This document shows positions 52,120 to 64,000 of a stretch of 64,000 nucleotides of DNA, piece after piece (the stretch's first letter is position 1; every line of letters starts with the position of its first letter). The position numbers were made by a program, and so were the translations under genes. Origin of the DNA: Eledone cirrhosa (taxonomy: Eukaryota); contig OZ024741.1 in NCBI GenBank assembly GCA_964016885.1, positions 361,956,001 through 362,020,000 on the forward strand, written 5' to 3'. The notes under the pieces were generated by a model. The model did not search any database and was not told where the DNA came from. It saw nothing but the letters and a program-made list of their open reading frames with translations.

Positions 52120-54086
52120 GATATCAATAGGAAAAAGCGAAATAAATCATCCAACCATCTTAAGCATGTGACAAAAAAGGCAGTGCTCGAATTTGAGCAG
52201 AGCATAGCAACCAACCCTGACGGTAAGGTGTTCTGGAAGTATGTTCACTCAAAACAGAGGCCTCACTCTCCAGTTGGTCCTCTTCGCAATCCCCACACAA
52301 ACCAGGTTACTGACGACCCCAAGGAATGCGCAGAACTCATTGCTGAATGCTATGCAAGCATTTTCACTGTTGAAGACCAGAGTGTACCATCTCCACCACC
52401 TCTGACATCGGATCTATTACAACTATGGAATTTACACCTGCAATGCTGCGATGTCACCTTAAAAGTAAACGCAACCATGCCTCTCCTGGTCTTGATGGTG
52501 TTACGTACCTGCTTCTCAAACATGGTGGGTACTTCCTTCTGCACCAGCTATCACGCTTCTTCCAGTTCTGTCAGAACAACAGTGCTACTCCAGAACAGTG
52601 GAAAACTGCCAGTGTCATTCCTCTGTTCAAAAAGGGTGACCGCACATCACCTGTCAACTATCGTCCAGTCAGTCTTACTAGCTGCATTGCCAAACTGATG
52701 GAATCCTGTGTCAGAGAAACACTTTGAAACTTCTGGAACTCTCACAGTCTTATCCAGCCCTCGCAATTTGGATGTATCCCTAACTCCAGCTGCTGTGATC
52801 AACTTATCGAGTTTCTTGAAGACATCACCCGGATCACTGATGGCGGCTCATGGGTGGATGTTGTTTACCTTGACTTTACTAAAACTTTCAATTCTGTGCC
52901 ACACAAAAGACTTATGGAAAAACTCTCTGCAATGGATGTGAAGGATGATCTTTTTAACTAGTTGAAGTCCTTCATTCTCAGTCGAAGAGAGGTAGTCACG
53001 GTTCTAGGACAGCATTCCTCACCGTATGAGATGTCATCTGGTGTACCACAGGGATCTGTTCTTGGCTCCCTTTTGTTTGTGGCATATATTAATGACATAG
53101 GTGCCAACTTACAGAATGCCACAGTACTGAAATATGCAGATGACATCAAGCTGTACCTTGAGATAAAAAGGACAGATCCTGAACACTATAGATCTTGCCT
53201 GCAATCTGACCTGGACACAATGCAACAATGGATCACGGACTGGCAACTCAAGCTGGCTATGAGCAAGTGTACCACCATGCATTTTGGGAGTAAAAACCCA
53301 GCGTCCACATACTCCCTCTACAACACTAATATCAAGACGTCTTCTTGTGAACGTGACCTGGGCATTACGGTCAGCAGCGATTTGTGTTGGACGAAGCACG
53401 TCTCTAAAATTATCAAGAAGGCTGAGGGTGTCTTAGCATCACTCAGCAAGACCTTTGTCAGCCGCTCTCCAGCTATCTATTTAAAGCTGTACATAGCTAT
53501 GGTGCGGCCACACTTAGAATTTGCATCACCAGTCTGGAACCCCTATCTTGCTCAGAACATTGACCCCCTGGAAACTGTTCAGAGACGTGCAACCAAGCGA
53601 ATACCCTCCATCAGGCATCTACCATACTCTGAACGGCTTGCTTCCCTGGGCATGGATACATTGAAGCTCCGAAGTCTGGCAACTGACTTGGTAAACACCC
53701 ACAAAATTATTAACCATCTCGCCAACAACTCTGAGTACCTTTTTGATTTCCATGTGTCTAACACACGTGGGCATGCCAACAAAGTCATCAAACAGCACAG
53801 CTCCCACGACTTTCGTAAACATTTTTTCACGTTCAGAGTTGCTGAAGCATGGAACAAACTACCTGCATCAGTTGTTAGCTGTCGAGACACTGCATCCTTT
53901 AAAACCTCCATGCTTCCTGAGATTCGCCAACACTACACCTAATATTCCCCCTCCATACACACGCACACATGTATATCATGACTCGTACGCTGGTCATTTT
54001 CCTGGCATTTGTACATTATTCTATGTATTATACATGCACCTTTGATGAGTTGTAATGCACCTGAGCACTGTACACAATAATTTCAT
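52120..54086 (+). mobile_element. 5'-truncated decayed CR1-clade LINE (RT)
   Basis: KVFWKYV, SPGLDG, PLFKKGDR..NYRPVSLTS, GVPQGSVLG, KYADDIKLY, ERDLGI, VRPHLEF..VWNP, QRRATK; stop at 53942. Confidence 0.95.
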
Positions 54087-54343
54087 GGAGGCGGGGAGAA
54101 ATGAGCTAAAACGAGATCTCCTCGTCAGACGGGGAGAGTTGACAGGTTTGTCTCTTTTCCCCATTAGTCGTTGGGGCGTTGGAAATATAAAGGATGATAG
54201 GCTTTACCCTTCTTTCCTTGACTAAACGGCAAAAATAAAATAAAATCAAATCTTTTCTCTCAATAATTTCAGAGAATCTAAGGTCATGCAGTCCTCGTTT
54301 TATCGAATATATTCATAAATACATACATCCATAAATATATATA

Positions 54344-54896
54344 CAGTAATCCCCCGTTTATCGCGGGGGTTACGTTCCAGAACCAACCACGATAAATGAA
54401 AATCCGCGATATAGAGAGACCATAAAGACAACTGCCGTTTTCATAGTTTAAGCCTTAAAATACCTCTCCTACACACTTTAAGTACATATAAACTCATTAA
54501 AACACACTTTTGTATTTAAACACCAAAAACAGCCAGTAACGATCGTACCAGTAGTTACCAATGACGAACATTTCCAGCCACGTTAGCCGCTTGGTGATAC
54601 ACTGCACATCCCCCGTCAATCTAGGAAGGGTTTGTAGTAGATTAGAGAGAAACACAATCAGTAAAACATAATGGAATGAAAAATAGAAACAATTATTTTT
54701 ATAGTTAAAGCCATAAGATGCCCCATCCTTACTTTGTACACTTCAATCACTTTGAAACTTATTTAATAAGTTCAAAATTTAAACACTTTTTATTCAGACG
54801 TGCGTACCGCGATTAAAAAAAAAAAGGTATATTCTAACGAAAAATGCGATGTAGCGGGTCCGCGAAAAGTGAACCGCGATATAGCGGGGGATTACA

Positions 54897-54897
<1 letters not shown>
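54344..54897. mobile_element. pogo/Tigger-like MITE
   Basis: TIR C(A/T)GTAATCCCCCG..TATCGCGG at both ends; TA TSD. Confidence 0.85.
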
Positions 54898-54950
<53 letters not shown>

Positions 54951-54951
<1 letters not shown>

Positions 54952-55684
54952 CATTTTCCTATATGTATATATATATATATACATATAGGAAAATGTTTAA
55001 CCCCGACGGCAGAGCTCAAGCCGTTTCGACGGCTATTTCTGGACTGCCGTCGAAACGGCTTGAGCTCTGCCGTCGGGGTTAAACATTTTCCTATTAGCCA
55101 CTCTACTAACCTAAGTATTGAGTACTCTTGTGCGTTATGGTCCTTACCACACCTCCTTCGTTATGAGAGCTTTTATTCGGAATGTTTGAGTGGAAATTAT
55201 AATATTTCCCTTGTTAACACTTTGAATTTACCCGCCAAAAACGGGGATTGCTTCCCTTGTTGGAATTAACACGTGACAACTAAGTGTTCGCTGGCTACAT
55301 TATTAGCGGCAGCATTTTGTTTGTTCACTCCGCTTTGAGGAAGAACGGAATCCCTGTTGATGAAATGAATCCTCTGTTCGATCATGGAATACCACGAGCG
55401 TGTGTGTTACGTAAGTTGGATAAATGATTTCGGATTTTCATAGAAACACTTTAGACGTATATCGTTTGGTTTGTCCAGGTGTATCTTTTAACCTGTTAGT
55501 TCTTTCGTTACTTTGGTATTGTGTGGTTGGGTTTTGCCTACCGCAATGTTCAATTTGTCAAGCTATTTAAACGTATGTTATTACTCTAAGGACCTACCCT
55601 TATTGAGTGCTTTGCTAACTCATTTCTATTGTAGGTCGACTTTGCTTGCTCACAGCCAAAGCTTCGATTTTACTAAGCTTCCAC

Positions 55685-55687
<3 letters not shown>
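54951..55687 (+). mobile_element. pLTR-like element in (TA)n with double fold-back 5' end
   Basis: Perfect 46-bp palindrome at 54951-54996. Perfect 49-bp arms at 54985-55033 and 55046-55094. The tip resembles hammerhead stem II followed by GAAA-CGGC-TT. Confidence 0.8.
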
Positions 55688-55729
<42 letters not shown>

Positions 55730-55736
<7 letters not shown>

Positions 55737-56032
55737 CACTTTCTAACTATATATATATATATATAGTTAGAAAGTGAACAACACAATATATAACTACTCC
55801 ATTACCAAAGGTTTCAGGACCCTAGACAATATTAATATACGTATAGTTCGTTCATCAGACAGAGAGGTTATCTGTCTGATGAACGAACTATACGTATATT
55901 AATATTGTCTAGGGTCCTGAAACCTTTGGTAATGGAGTAGTTATATATTGTGTTGTTCACTTTCTAATTAAATAGCTCTGTTCTATACATAGAGCACTCC
56001 TTTTCCTTTGCGTTTTCTTCGGAATTACCTAA
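55730..56032 (+). mobile_element. pLTR-like element in (TA)n with double fold-back and hammerhead core
   Basis: Perfect 54-bp palindrome at 55730-55783. Perfect 97-bp arms at 55767-55863 and 55871-55967. CTGATGA at 55876 and GAAA at 55919. Confidence 0.85.
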
Positions 56033-56039
56033 CATACAT

Positions 56040-56160
<121 letters not shown>

Positions 56161-56450
56161 ATGAAAAAAATAAACCCGTGAAACTGTTAAGCAGTTACGC
56201 CCACCCCTGTTTACCCCCATCTCACACCATCACTTTGACACAAAAGTACCCTAACACATTACCAGACAACTATGCACGTCAACCACCACCCGACCACAGC
56301 ATATCATATCACATTTATGGTATCAACTAACACCTCTGAGTTGAATAATAATTTATGTTGAATTGAAAGACAACATAAAAGCACAGACTGAGATTTTATG
56401 TACCCAGTGTATACATACACACACATACACATACATACATAAATATATAC

Positions 56451-56863
56451 ATGGTGGCTGCCAACTCGTTTTCGAGTACGGCCACTACTTTATATCCATG
56501 TAGGAGAACCCCTACCGATGTGCTCAACGAGTGTGACTTTTTAGTCCAGCCAGCGACTTAAAAACTTTGGTACAAACACTACACTTGTGACAATTGCTGA
56601 CACATAGTGCAGGGCCCATGGTACCATGTGACAACAAGTGCAGAGAGATCTCCAGATATAAAGCAATACCTGTGCCGTGAAGCTTTTATAGTGAGCAAAG
56701 GCACTGCACAAAGCCAGTCCCACTCTCTTAACCAAGATGATATTTACCAAAAAGTAGAACAAGTCAACATCATTGGATACCATCAGGGTTGCAGGTGTTA
56801 GATCAGAGTTTTCCTTCTCCTAGAATTCTGCCTTGACAAAGGCTAAGGGGTCATCTCTCCCGG
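56451..56863 (-). mobile_element. Bipartite RTE-derived non-autonomous element
   Basis: RTE 5'UTR-like motif CTAGxAGAAGGAAAACTCTGAT joined to a C-terminal C2H2 finger ([15 protein letters not shown]) and 3'UTR; (TATG)-type tail. Confidence 0.75.
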
Positions 56864-57031
56864 AAATATATACATACATACATACATACATACATACATA
56901 CATACATACATACATACATACATACTTACATACATCCATACATTCACACACATACATACATACATACATTCACACAAACATACATACATACATGCATACA
57001 TACATTCACACAAACATACATACATATATAC

Positions 57032-57269
57032 ATGGTGGCTGCCAACTCGTTTTCGAGTACTTTACATCCATGTAGGAGAACGCCTACCGATGCGCTGACG
57101 AGTGTGACTTTTTAGTCCAGCCAGCGACTTGAAAACTCTGGTACAAACACTACACTTGTGACATTTATTGACACAGTGCTGGGCCCATGGTACCATGTGA
57201 CGACAAGTGCAGAGAGATCTGCAGATATAAAGCAATGCCTGTGCCGTGAAGCTTTTATAGTGAGCAAAG
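57032..57269 (-). mobile_element. 3' half of the same bipartite element, fused to the R4-like ORF
   Basis: Direct repeat of 56451-56700 with small indels. Confidence 0.85.
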
Positions 57270-58995
57270 TGCGTTCCAGATGGTTCTAGCTATCCCATCG
57301 TGTCTCATGGGGAGGTAGTAGCGAGATGACATTCTTTCGCAGCTGGCAACCATGTGGCTTACATCCTCGATCTTTGTTTTACATAGCCTACATTTATTGT
57401 CAGCTGCTGGCCCTCCTCTTTTGTGCAGCAGATATTTGGTAGGGAGTTCTTGTTCCTGTATTGCATAGAGATATCCCTCAAGGTGTGATGTCATAAACTT
57501 GTCGGAACTCCATGCCAGGCTTTTTGAGTGGTTTATCCCCTCTATGGTCTGTGTTTTACGCCTCAAGTATCCATGCACAACTTTTTCTGTAAATTGGTCA
57601 ATTTTCTTATCTTGTTTGAACATTGAATAGGATCTTCCGATTTCTCTGGGTGAGAGATTTATATCAGGCTTTATTCCATATCTCTCCTCCAGATCAGTCG
57701 CTATTCTAATGATATTTTTTTTTTCATGCTCATAAACCTGGGCAAGATGGTTGCCAACCTTTTTCCTCTGTTGAAGGTGTTGTTTCAGTGTTACTATCCG
57801 GGTCTCATATGTTATTAATATTGATTTTAGACCCCGGCCACCTTCCTTGCGTGAGAAGTATAGCCTATCCACATCACCATTGATGTTAAAGTTCCCAGTA
57901 ACACTGAGAAGTTTTCGAGTTCTAACATCCATCTCACTTAGTTCTTGCAATGACCAGTTCAGCAGGCCAAATGTTGGAGTTAGAATTGGCACAGCATAAG
58001 TATTGTGGGCAATGTATTTGTTGTATGCTGACAGTTCTGATGACCATCTTTTCTTTACTCTTCTGAGGTATTCAGTTCTGGTTCTCTCCTTATTTATGGG
58101 TCCATCATATCTGACATTCTCATCCTGTCCAAGATATCTGTAGTTGTCACCTGACTGCAGAGGTTGTATTGTCAGGCCGTTCATCTCTAGATTTCTAGAG
58201 GAGGGCACAGCTCTTCCACGTTTTATTGCCAAATATGCACACTTGGATTCACCAAATTTCATTTTGATGTCGGTTGAAAATTGTGTAATGAGGTCCAATT
58301 GTTTCTTGATGTCATTGATATTTGGCCCATACAACTTCAGGTCATCAACAAAGAAAAGATGGGAGATACTTCTGGGCCCACTTCTTTGTCCACCTTGTTT
58401 CCTGAGTAGGTAAGATAGTGGATTCAGTGAGAGAACGAAGAGTAGCACTGACAAGCTATCACCCTGAAAGATGCCCTTCTGGTAATGTATCTTATCAGTC
58501 TTAACTTGCTCCTTCTCACCTCTAAGGATCAAATTGGTGTACCAGTTCTTGGTCAGGCGTTCAACAGCAGCTACCAATGGTTGTGGGACTTTAGCTAACT
58601 GTAAAGCCTTAATAATCCACCCATGAGGTACCATGCTTTTTGATAGTCCAGCCACACGACAGTCATGTTTCTGCGATTCTTTGCTGTTTTTTCCTGAATC
58701 ATTTTGTTAGTTAGTAGGTGATCTATGCAACTCCACACCTCCCTCTTTCCACCAGCTTGCTCAGGTGTTATGATGTTGTTGGTAGCACAGTGATCCTGTA
58801 AGAACAGGTTAAGGCACCCAGTATATAATTTATACATGATGTTTTGGCAGGCTATTGGGCGGTAATTTTTAGCAAGGGTGGTTTGGCTATTTTGGGGAAT
58901 GAGGAGAGTAGTGGCAGTTGATAACCATCTGGGCAGTTCTTGTGTGCCTTTAATGGTTTCTGAAAACAGCCGTATGAGATCTTGCCGATAGAAAG
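57270..58995 (-). mobile_element. R4/Dong-like (RLE-type) non-LTR retrotransposon, truncated at both ends
   Basis: WLDYQKA, GIFQGDSLS, HLFFVDDLKLY, YRYLG, GGRGL, CRLC..EDVSHMVASC..RHD. Ends before the PD..D nuclease motif. Frameshifts near 58640 and 58860. Confidence 0.93.
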
Positions 58996-59082
58996 TATGT
59001 ATGTATGTATGTATGTATGTATGTATGTATGTATGTATGTATGTATGTATGTATGTATGTATGTATGTATGTATGTATGTAT

Positions 59083-59414
59083 GCCTGGGAGAAATCGAAC
59101 CAACTATGAGATGATTCTACCGTCACACACTCCACGGTACATTTGCAGTGAGTGTGGTTTAATTTGCAAGTCAGTGAGTGGACTGACCAGACTTGGTAAA
59201 ATGAATGAAAACACATCCCAGCTGGTATTACCAGCAGACAGACAGTTCACGTGTGACATCTGAAAATATCTGCAAAACAAAAGCGGGTCTGGAAAGTCAC
59301 CTGCGTGCACATGATCGTGCAAAGCTCTGACAAGAAGTAGCAATCAACATGTATGTATGTATGTATGTATGTATGTATGTATGTATGTATGTATGTATGT
59401 ATGTATGTATGTAT
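59083..59414 (+). mobile_element. RTE 3' end with two C2H2 fingers and (TATG)n tail
   Basis: YICSECGLICKSVSGLTR and FTCDI..ICKTKAGLESHLRAH; (TATG)n on both sides. Confidence 0.7.
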
Positions 59415-59858
59415 GACTCTTAAGAGTCAATGGCCATCCAAAATCACCGGGAGAGATGACCCTTAGCCTTTGTTAAGGCAGAATTCTAGGAGAAGGAAAA
59501 CTCTGATATAACACCTGCAACTCTGATGGTATCCAATGATGTTGACTTGTTCTTCTTTTTGGTAAATATCATCTTGGTTAAGAGAGTGGGACTGGCTTTG
59601 TGCAGTGCCTTTACTCACTGTAAAAGCTTCACAGCACAGGCATTGCTTTATATCTGGAGATATCTCTGCACTTGTCACCACATGGTACCATGGGCCCAGC
59701 ACTATGTGTCAATAATTGTCACAAGTGTAGTGTTTGTACCAGAGTTTTCAAGTCGCTAGCTGGACTAAAAAGTCACACTCGTTCAGCGCATCGGGAGGGG
59801 TTCTCCTACATGGATATAAAGTAGTGGCCGTATGCGAAAATGAGTTGGCAGCCACCAT
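59415..59858 (+). mobile_element. Bipartite RTE-derived non-autonomous element (longest copy)
   Basis: Inverted homologue of 56451-56863; encodes [22 protein letters not shown] then a stop. Confidence 0.8.
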
Positions 59859-59941
59859 ATGTATATATATATACATTTATATGTATGTATGTATATGTAT
59901 ATATATGTATATATGTATATATATGTATATATATGTGTATG

Positions 59942-59974
<33 letters not shown>

Positions 59975-60227
59975 ATGTATATATATATATCTGTGTATGT
60001 ATATGTATGTGTGTATGTATATATATGTATATGTATATGTGTATATATATATATATATGTATATGTATGTATATGTATATATATATATATATGTACATAT
60101 ATGTGTATGTATATGTATGTATATATATATATGTATATGTATATGTATATATGTATGTGTATATATATATGTATGTTTATGTATATATATATATATGTAT
60201 ATATATGTATATGTATATATATATATA
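59859..60227. repeat. Compound (TA)n/(TATG)n microsatellite
   Basis: Seen directly. Confidence 0.99.
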
Positions 60228-62335
60228 AGGCTACTAAATGAGGAGAATAAATGGGAGAAAGACAGTCTCCCCCATATCGACCCGATAGAGGGACCAGCAG
60301 TGTTAGTCGAGGGGAGTATAATAAGTAAGGCAATCAAGGATATGAAGACTGGTAAGGCGGCTGGGCCTTCGGAAATAGTTGCTGAGATGCTGAAGGCATC
60401 TGGCACGGTGGGACACACCATGGTCACCCGCATAGTTAACCAAGTCGTACAGAATGGGGTTGTTCCGAAGGACTGGCATAGCAGCATCATCGTTAACTGT
60501 TATAAGGGTAAAGGAGACGCCCTAGATAGGAGTAACTATAGAGGCATTAAATTAATCGACCAGGTCATGAAGGTCACGGAAAAAGTAATAGCGCAACTAA
60601 TCAGAGAGAGAATTGATCTAGATGAAATGCAGTTCGGGTTTGTGTCAGGCAAAAGCACCACAGACGCTCTTTTCATAGTACGACAACTACAGGAGAAGTA
60701 CCTAGCTAAAGGTAAACCCCTCTACTTAGCTTTTGTCGACCTGGAGAAAGCCTTCGACAGAGTCCCCCACTCCATTATCTGGTGGGCTCTTAGAAAACTA
60801 GGCGTTGACGAATGGCTTGTGAGGGCTATACAAGCCATGTATAAAGAAACAGTCAGCAAGGTTAGAATTAACAACGAATATAGTGAAGAGTTTAGCGTAA
60901 AAGTTGGCGTCCATCAGGGCTCTGTTCTCAGCCCCCTACTATTTATTATTGCCCTTCAGGCTATAACAGAGGAGTTCAAGACAGGCTGCCCATGGGAACT
61001 CCTATACGCAGACGACCTGACACTCATAGCGGAATCAATGGCCGAGCTAGAGAAGAAATTCCAAACATGGAAGCACGGCCTAGAGTCAAAAGGACTTAAA
61101 ATTAACCTGGCTAAGACCAAAGTTCTAGTTTGTAGGAAAGAAAACAAGGCGGCGGTCCCTTCTGGGAAATGGTCGTGCTCGGTATGTAGGAAAGGCGTAG
61201 GTAGAAACTCCATCTTATGTCCTAAATGCAAAGTATGGGTGCATAAAAGATGTAGTGGGATCACAGGTAAGCTAACTAAGAACATAGACTTTACATGTGG
61301 CCGGTGTTCTGGTGCAATAAGTAGCAGCAAGTGCCCACAAAATACTAGCTCTTTCAATTGCGCAGAGGGTTCTATAGAAATAGTGGACAGCTTCCGTTAC
61401 CTGGGCGATAAAATCAGCAGTGGGGGAGGGTGCTCTGAAAGTACTGTAGCTAGAGTCAGAACTGGTTGGAAAAAGTTCAGAGAGCTTATACCACTATTAG
61501 CTGCTAAAGGGTTCTCCCTAAAAATGAAAGGCAGGTTGTACGATGCCTGCATACGAACAGCAATGTTGCATGGTAGTGAGACCTGGGCATTGTGTGCAGA
61601 GGATATACGCAGACTAGAGAGGAACGAAGCTTGCATGCTCCGCTGGATGTGTAACAGTAATATACGTGAACGGCAAAGCATAAACGAACTAAAGAAAAAA
61701 TTAGAGATAAGAGGGATCAGATGTTGTTTACTCGAGAGAAGGCTGCGTTGGTATGGACACGTGATGCGCATGAAAGTCGATAGCTGTATTACAAAGTGCA
61801 GGGCAATAAAGATAGACGGTAGCCACGGAATAGGCAGACCTAGAAAAACATGGGATGAGCTGATAAACTCCGACCTCACACACTTACACCTCTCCAAGAC
61901 AATGTCACTGGACCATGACCTTTGGCGGTACTCAGTAACAGAGAAGACCCGCCTTGCCAGTAGGCATCTCTAACAAACTACACCCCGTCCCGCCACCACC
62001 CCCACCCCATCCACACCACCCCGTTCTATGTAAAGTTATGTTGGTGCCGCGCCATCCAGGCCGAAACAAATGAGATCGTGTAGGTGTCACGACAAAAAAA
62101 CACACAGTCCACGCTGTAATGTGGCCGTGTAGGCAACACGGTAAAAACCTCCCAGACCCACACTGTAAATGTGGTTGGTGTTAGGAAGGGCATCCAACTG
62201 TAGAAAACCTGCCAGACAGTCCTATGCGAGCAAGACAATCACTCTTGCCTCAAGTGGGACTACCCCCGTCCAAACCCATGCAAGCGTGGAACACGGACGT
62301 TAAACGTTGATGATGATGATGATGATGATGATGAT
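60228..62335 (+). mobile_element. Young 5'-truncated RTE LINE with uninterrupted RT frame
   Basis: Open frame 60228-61973 with all RT motifs (GKAAGP, NYRGIKL, QFGF, DLEKAFD, QGSVLSP, YADD, FRYLG); (GAT)n tail. Confidence 0.97.
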
Positions 62336-62650
62336 ATGTATATATATATGTATATATATATATATATGTATATGTATATGTATATATATATATATATGTA
62401 TATGTATATATATATGAATATGTATTTATATGTATATATGTATATATATATATATGTGTATCTATATGTATATGTATATGTATATATATATATATATGTA
62501 TATGTATATATATATATGTATATGTATATATTTGTATATATGTATGCATATGTATGTATATGTATATATATGTGTATGTATATATATGTGTATGTGTATA
62601 TGTATATGTATATATGTATGTATATGTATATGTATATATATATGTATATG

Positions 62651-62683
<33 letters not shown>

Positions 62684-62688
62684 GTATG

Positions 62689-62738
<50 letters not shown>

Positions 62739-62744
62739 TGTGTG

Positions 62745-62786
<42 letters not shown>

Positions 62787-63278
62787 CATATGTGTATGTA
62801 TATATATATATATATGTATGTATATATATGTATATATATATGTATGTATGTTTGTGTATGTATGTGTATGTATATGTATGTATATATATATATATATGTA
62901 TGTATGTATGTGTATGTATATGTATGTATGTGTATATATGTATATATATATATGTATACATATATATATGTATGTATATGTATATATATATGTATACATA
63001 TATGTATATATATACTTCTTTCTTTGAGCTATTTCATTGTAAAGGACTGCTTGAGTTTAGAACTCATTATTCTTAGTATGTATATATGTATATGTATATA
63101 TGTATATATGTATATATATATATGTATATGTATATATGTATATATATGTATATATATGTATATATGTATATATATATGTATATATGTATATATATGTATA
63201 TGTATATATGTATATATGTATATATGTATATATATATATGTATATATGTATATATATATGTATATATGTATATATATC

Positions 63279-63313
<35 letters not shown>

Positions 63314-63776
63314 GTATGTATATATATGTATATATATGTATATGTATATGTATATATGTATGTATATGTATATATATATGTATATGTATATATATGTGTG
63401 TATATATATATATGTATATATTTATGTATATATATGTATATATATATATATATATGTGTGTATATATATGTGTGTATATGTATGTATATATGTATGTATA
63501 TATGTGTATATGTGTATGTATATATATGTGTATATGTGTGTATATATATATGTATATATATGTATATATGTATATATATGTATATATGTATGTATATATA
63601 TATATGTATATATATATGTATATATATGTATATATATATGTATATGTATGTATATATATATGAATATATATATGTATATATATGTATATATATATGTATA
63701 TATAGATGTATATATATATATATATGTATATATATATGTATATGTATGTATATATATATATATATATATATATGTA
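62336..63776. repeat. ~1.4-kb compound (TA)n/(TATATG)n microsatellite
   Basis: Seen directly; interrupted by a ~62-bp island at 63015-63076. Confidence 0.99.
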
Positions 63777-63840
63777 AAATATTAAACAAATAATGAATAA
63801 AACAATGAAACATTTCCTTATATTAAACAAAAAAAGTTCA

Positions 63841-63987
63841 TTATTTAACGATCGTTTCTAGGATATATATGTGTTAGAATTGGCATGCATATTCAACAGA
63901 TCTATGTACAAAATTATACAAAATTATACAAACTATCAAGATTAAATATACATACCAAACACACATATATGCCGTCTTCAGAAATAA
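63841..63987 (-). ncRNA. Type-I hammerhead with very long stem II
   Basis: TTATTT|CTGAAGA|CGGCATATATGTGT...ACACATATATATCCTA|GAAA|CGATCG|TT|AAATAA. Confidence 0.75.
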
Positions 63988-64000
63988 ATTGTTTTACGAG

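Noticed and set aside
54080-54135. Minus-strand CTGACGA...GAAA as a hammerhead
   Set aside because: The GAAA comes from the CR1 tail; no stem I or stem III closure.
59859-61973. 704-aa ORF as an intact gene
   Set aside because: The first ~123 codons are microsatellite (YI/CM repeats); the rest is a 5'-truncated RTE RT.
62250-63830. Many long Tyr/Ile/His-rich ORFs
   Set aside because: Stop-free translations of (TA)/(TATG) repeats; the same applies to similar ORFs throughout the window.

Overview
AT-rich eukaryotic intergenic or intronic DNA, packed with microsatellites and retroelements. It is probably from an octopus or related coleoid cephalopod; this is inferred from the SINE/RTE repertoire and repeat load, not proven. 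I cannot support any host protein-coding gene. Every credible ORF comes from a retroelement: RTE-clade LINEs (one near full-length decayed copy and two near-identical young copies), CR1, Tx1/L1-clade, R4/Dong-like and Penelope-like (RT + GIY-YIG). Other elements are a 2.3-kb non-autonomous LTR element with a 4-bp TSD, Meta/MESC-core SINEs, piggyBac, pogo, mariner and hAT MITEs, and a Helitron 3' end. The most striking signal is about 13 minimal type-I hammerhead-like motifs (some intact, some degenerate) in short non-coding elements that mostly sit in (TA)n tracts. Many of these elements are fold-back hairpins whose tips lie at or next to the ribozyme. Two young copies show a double fold-back through a (TA)n palindrome. 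Also notable: three Tx1 copies stacked in (GATA)n, an R4/RTE chimera, and a 540-bp local inverted duplication fused to a hammerhead element. All alignments and foldings were done by eye.
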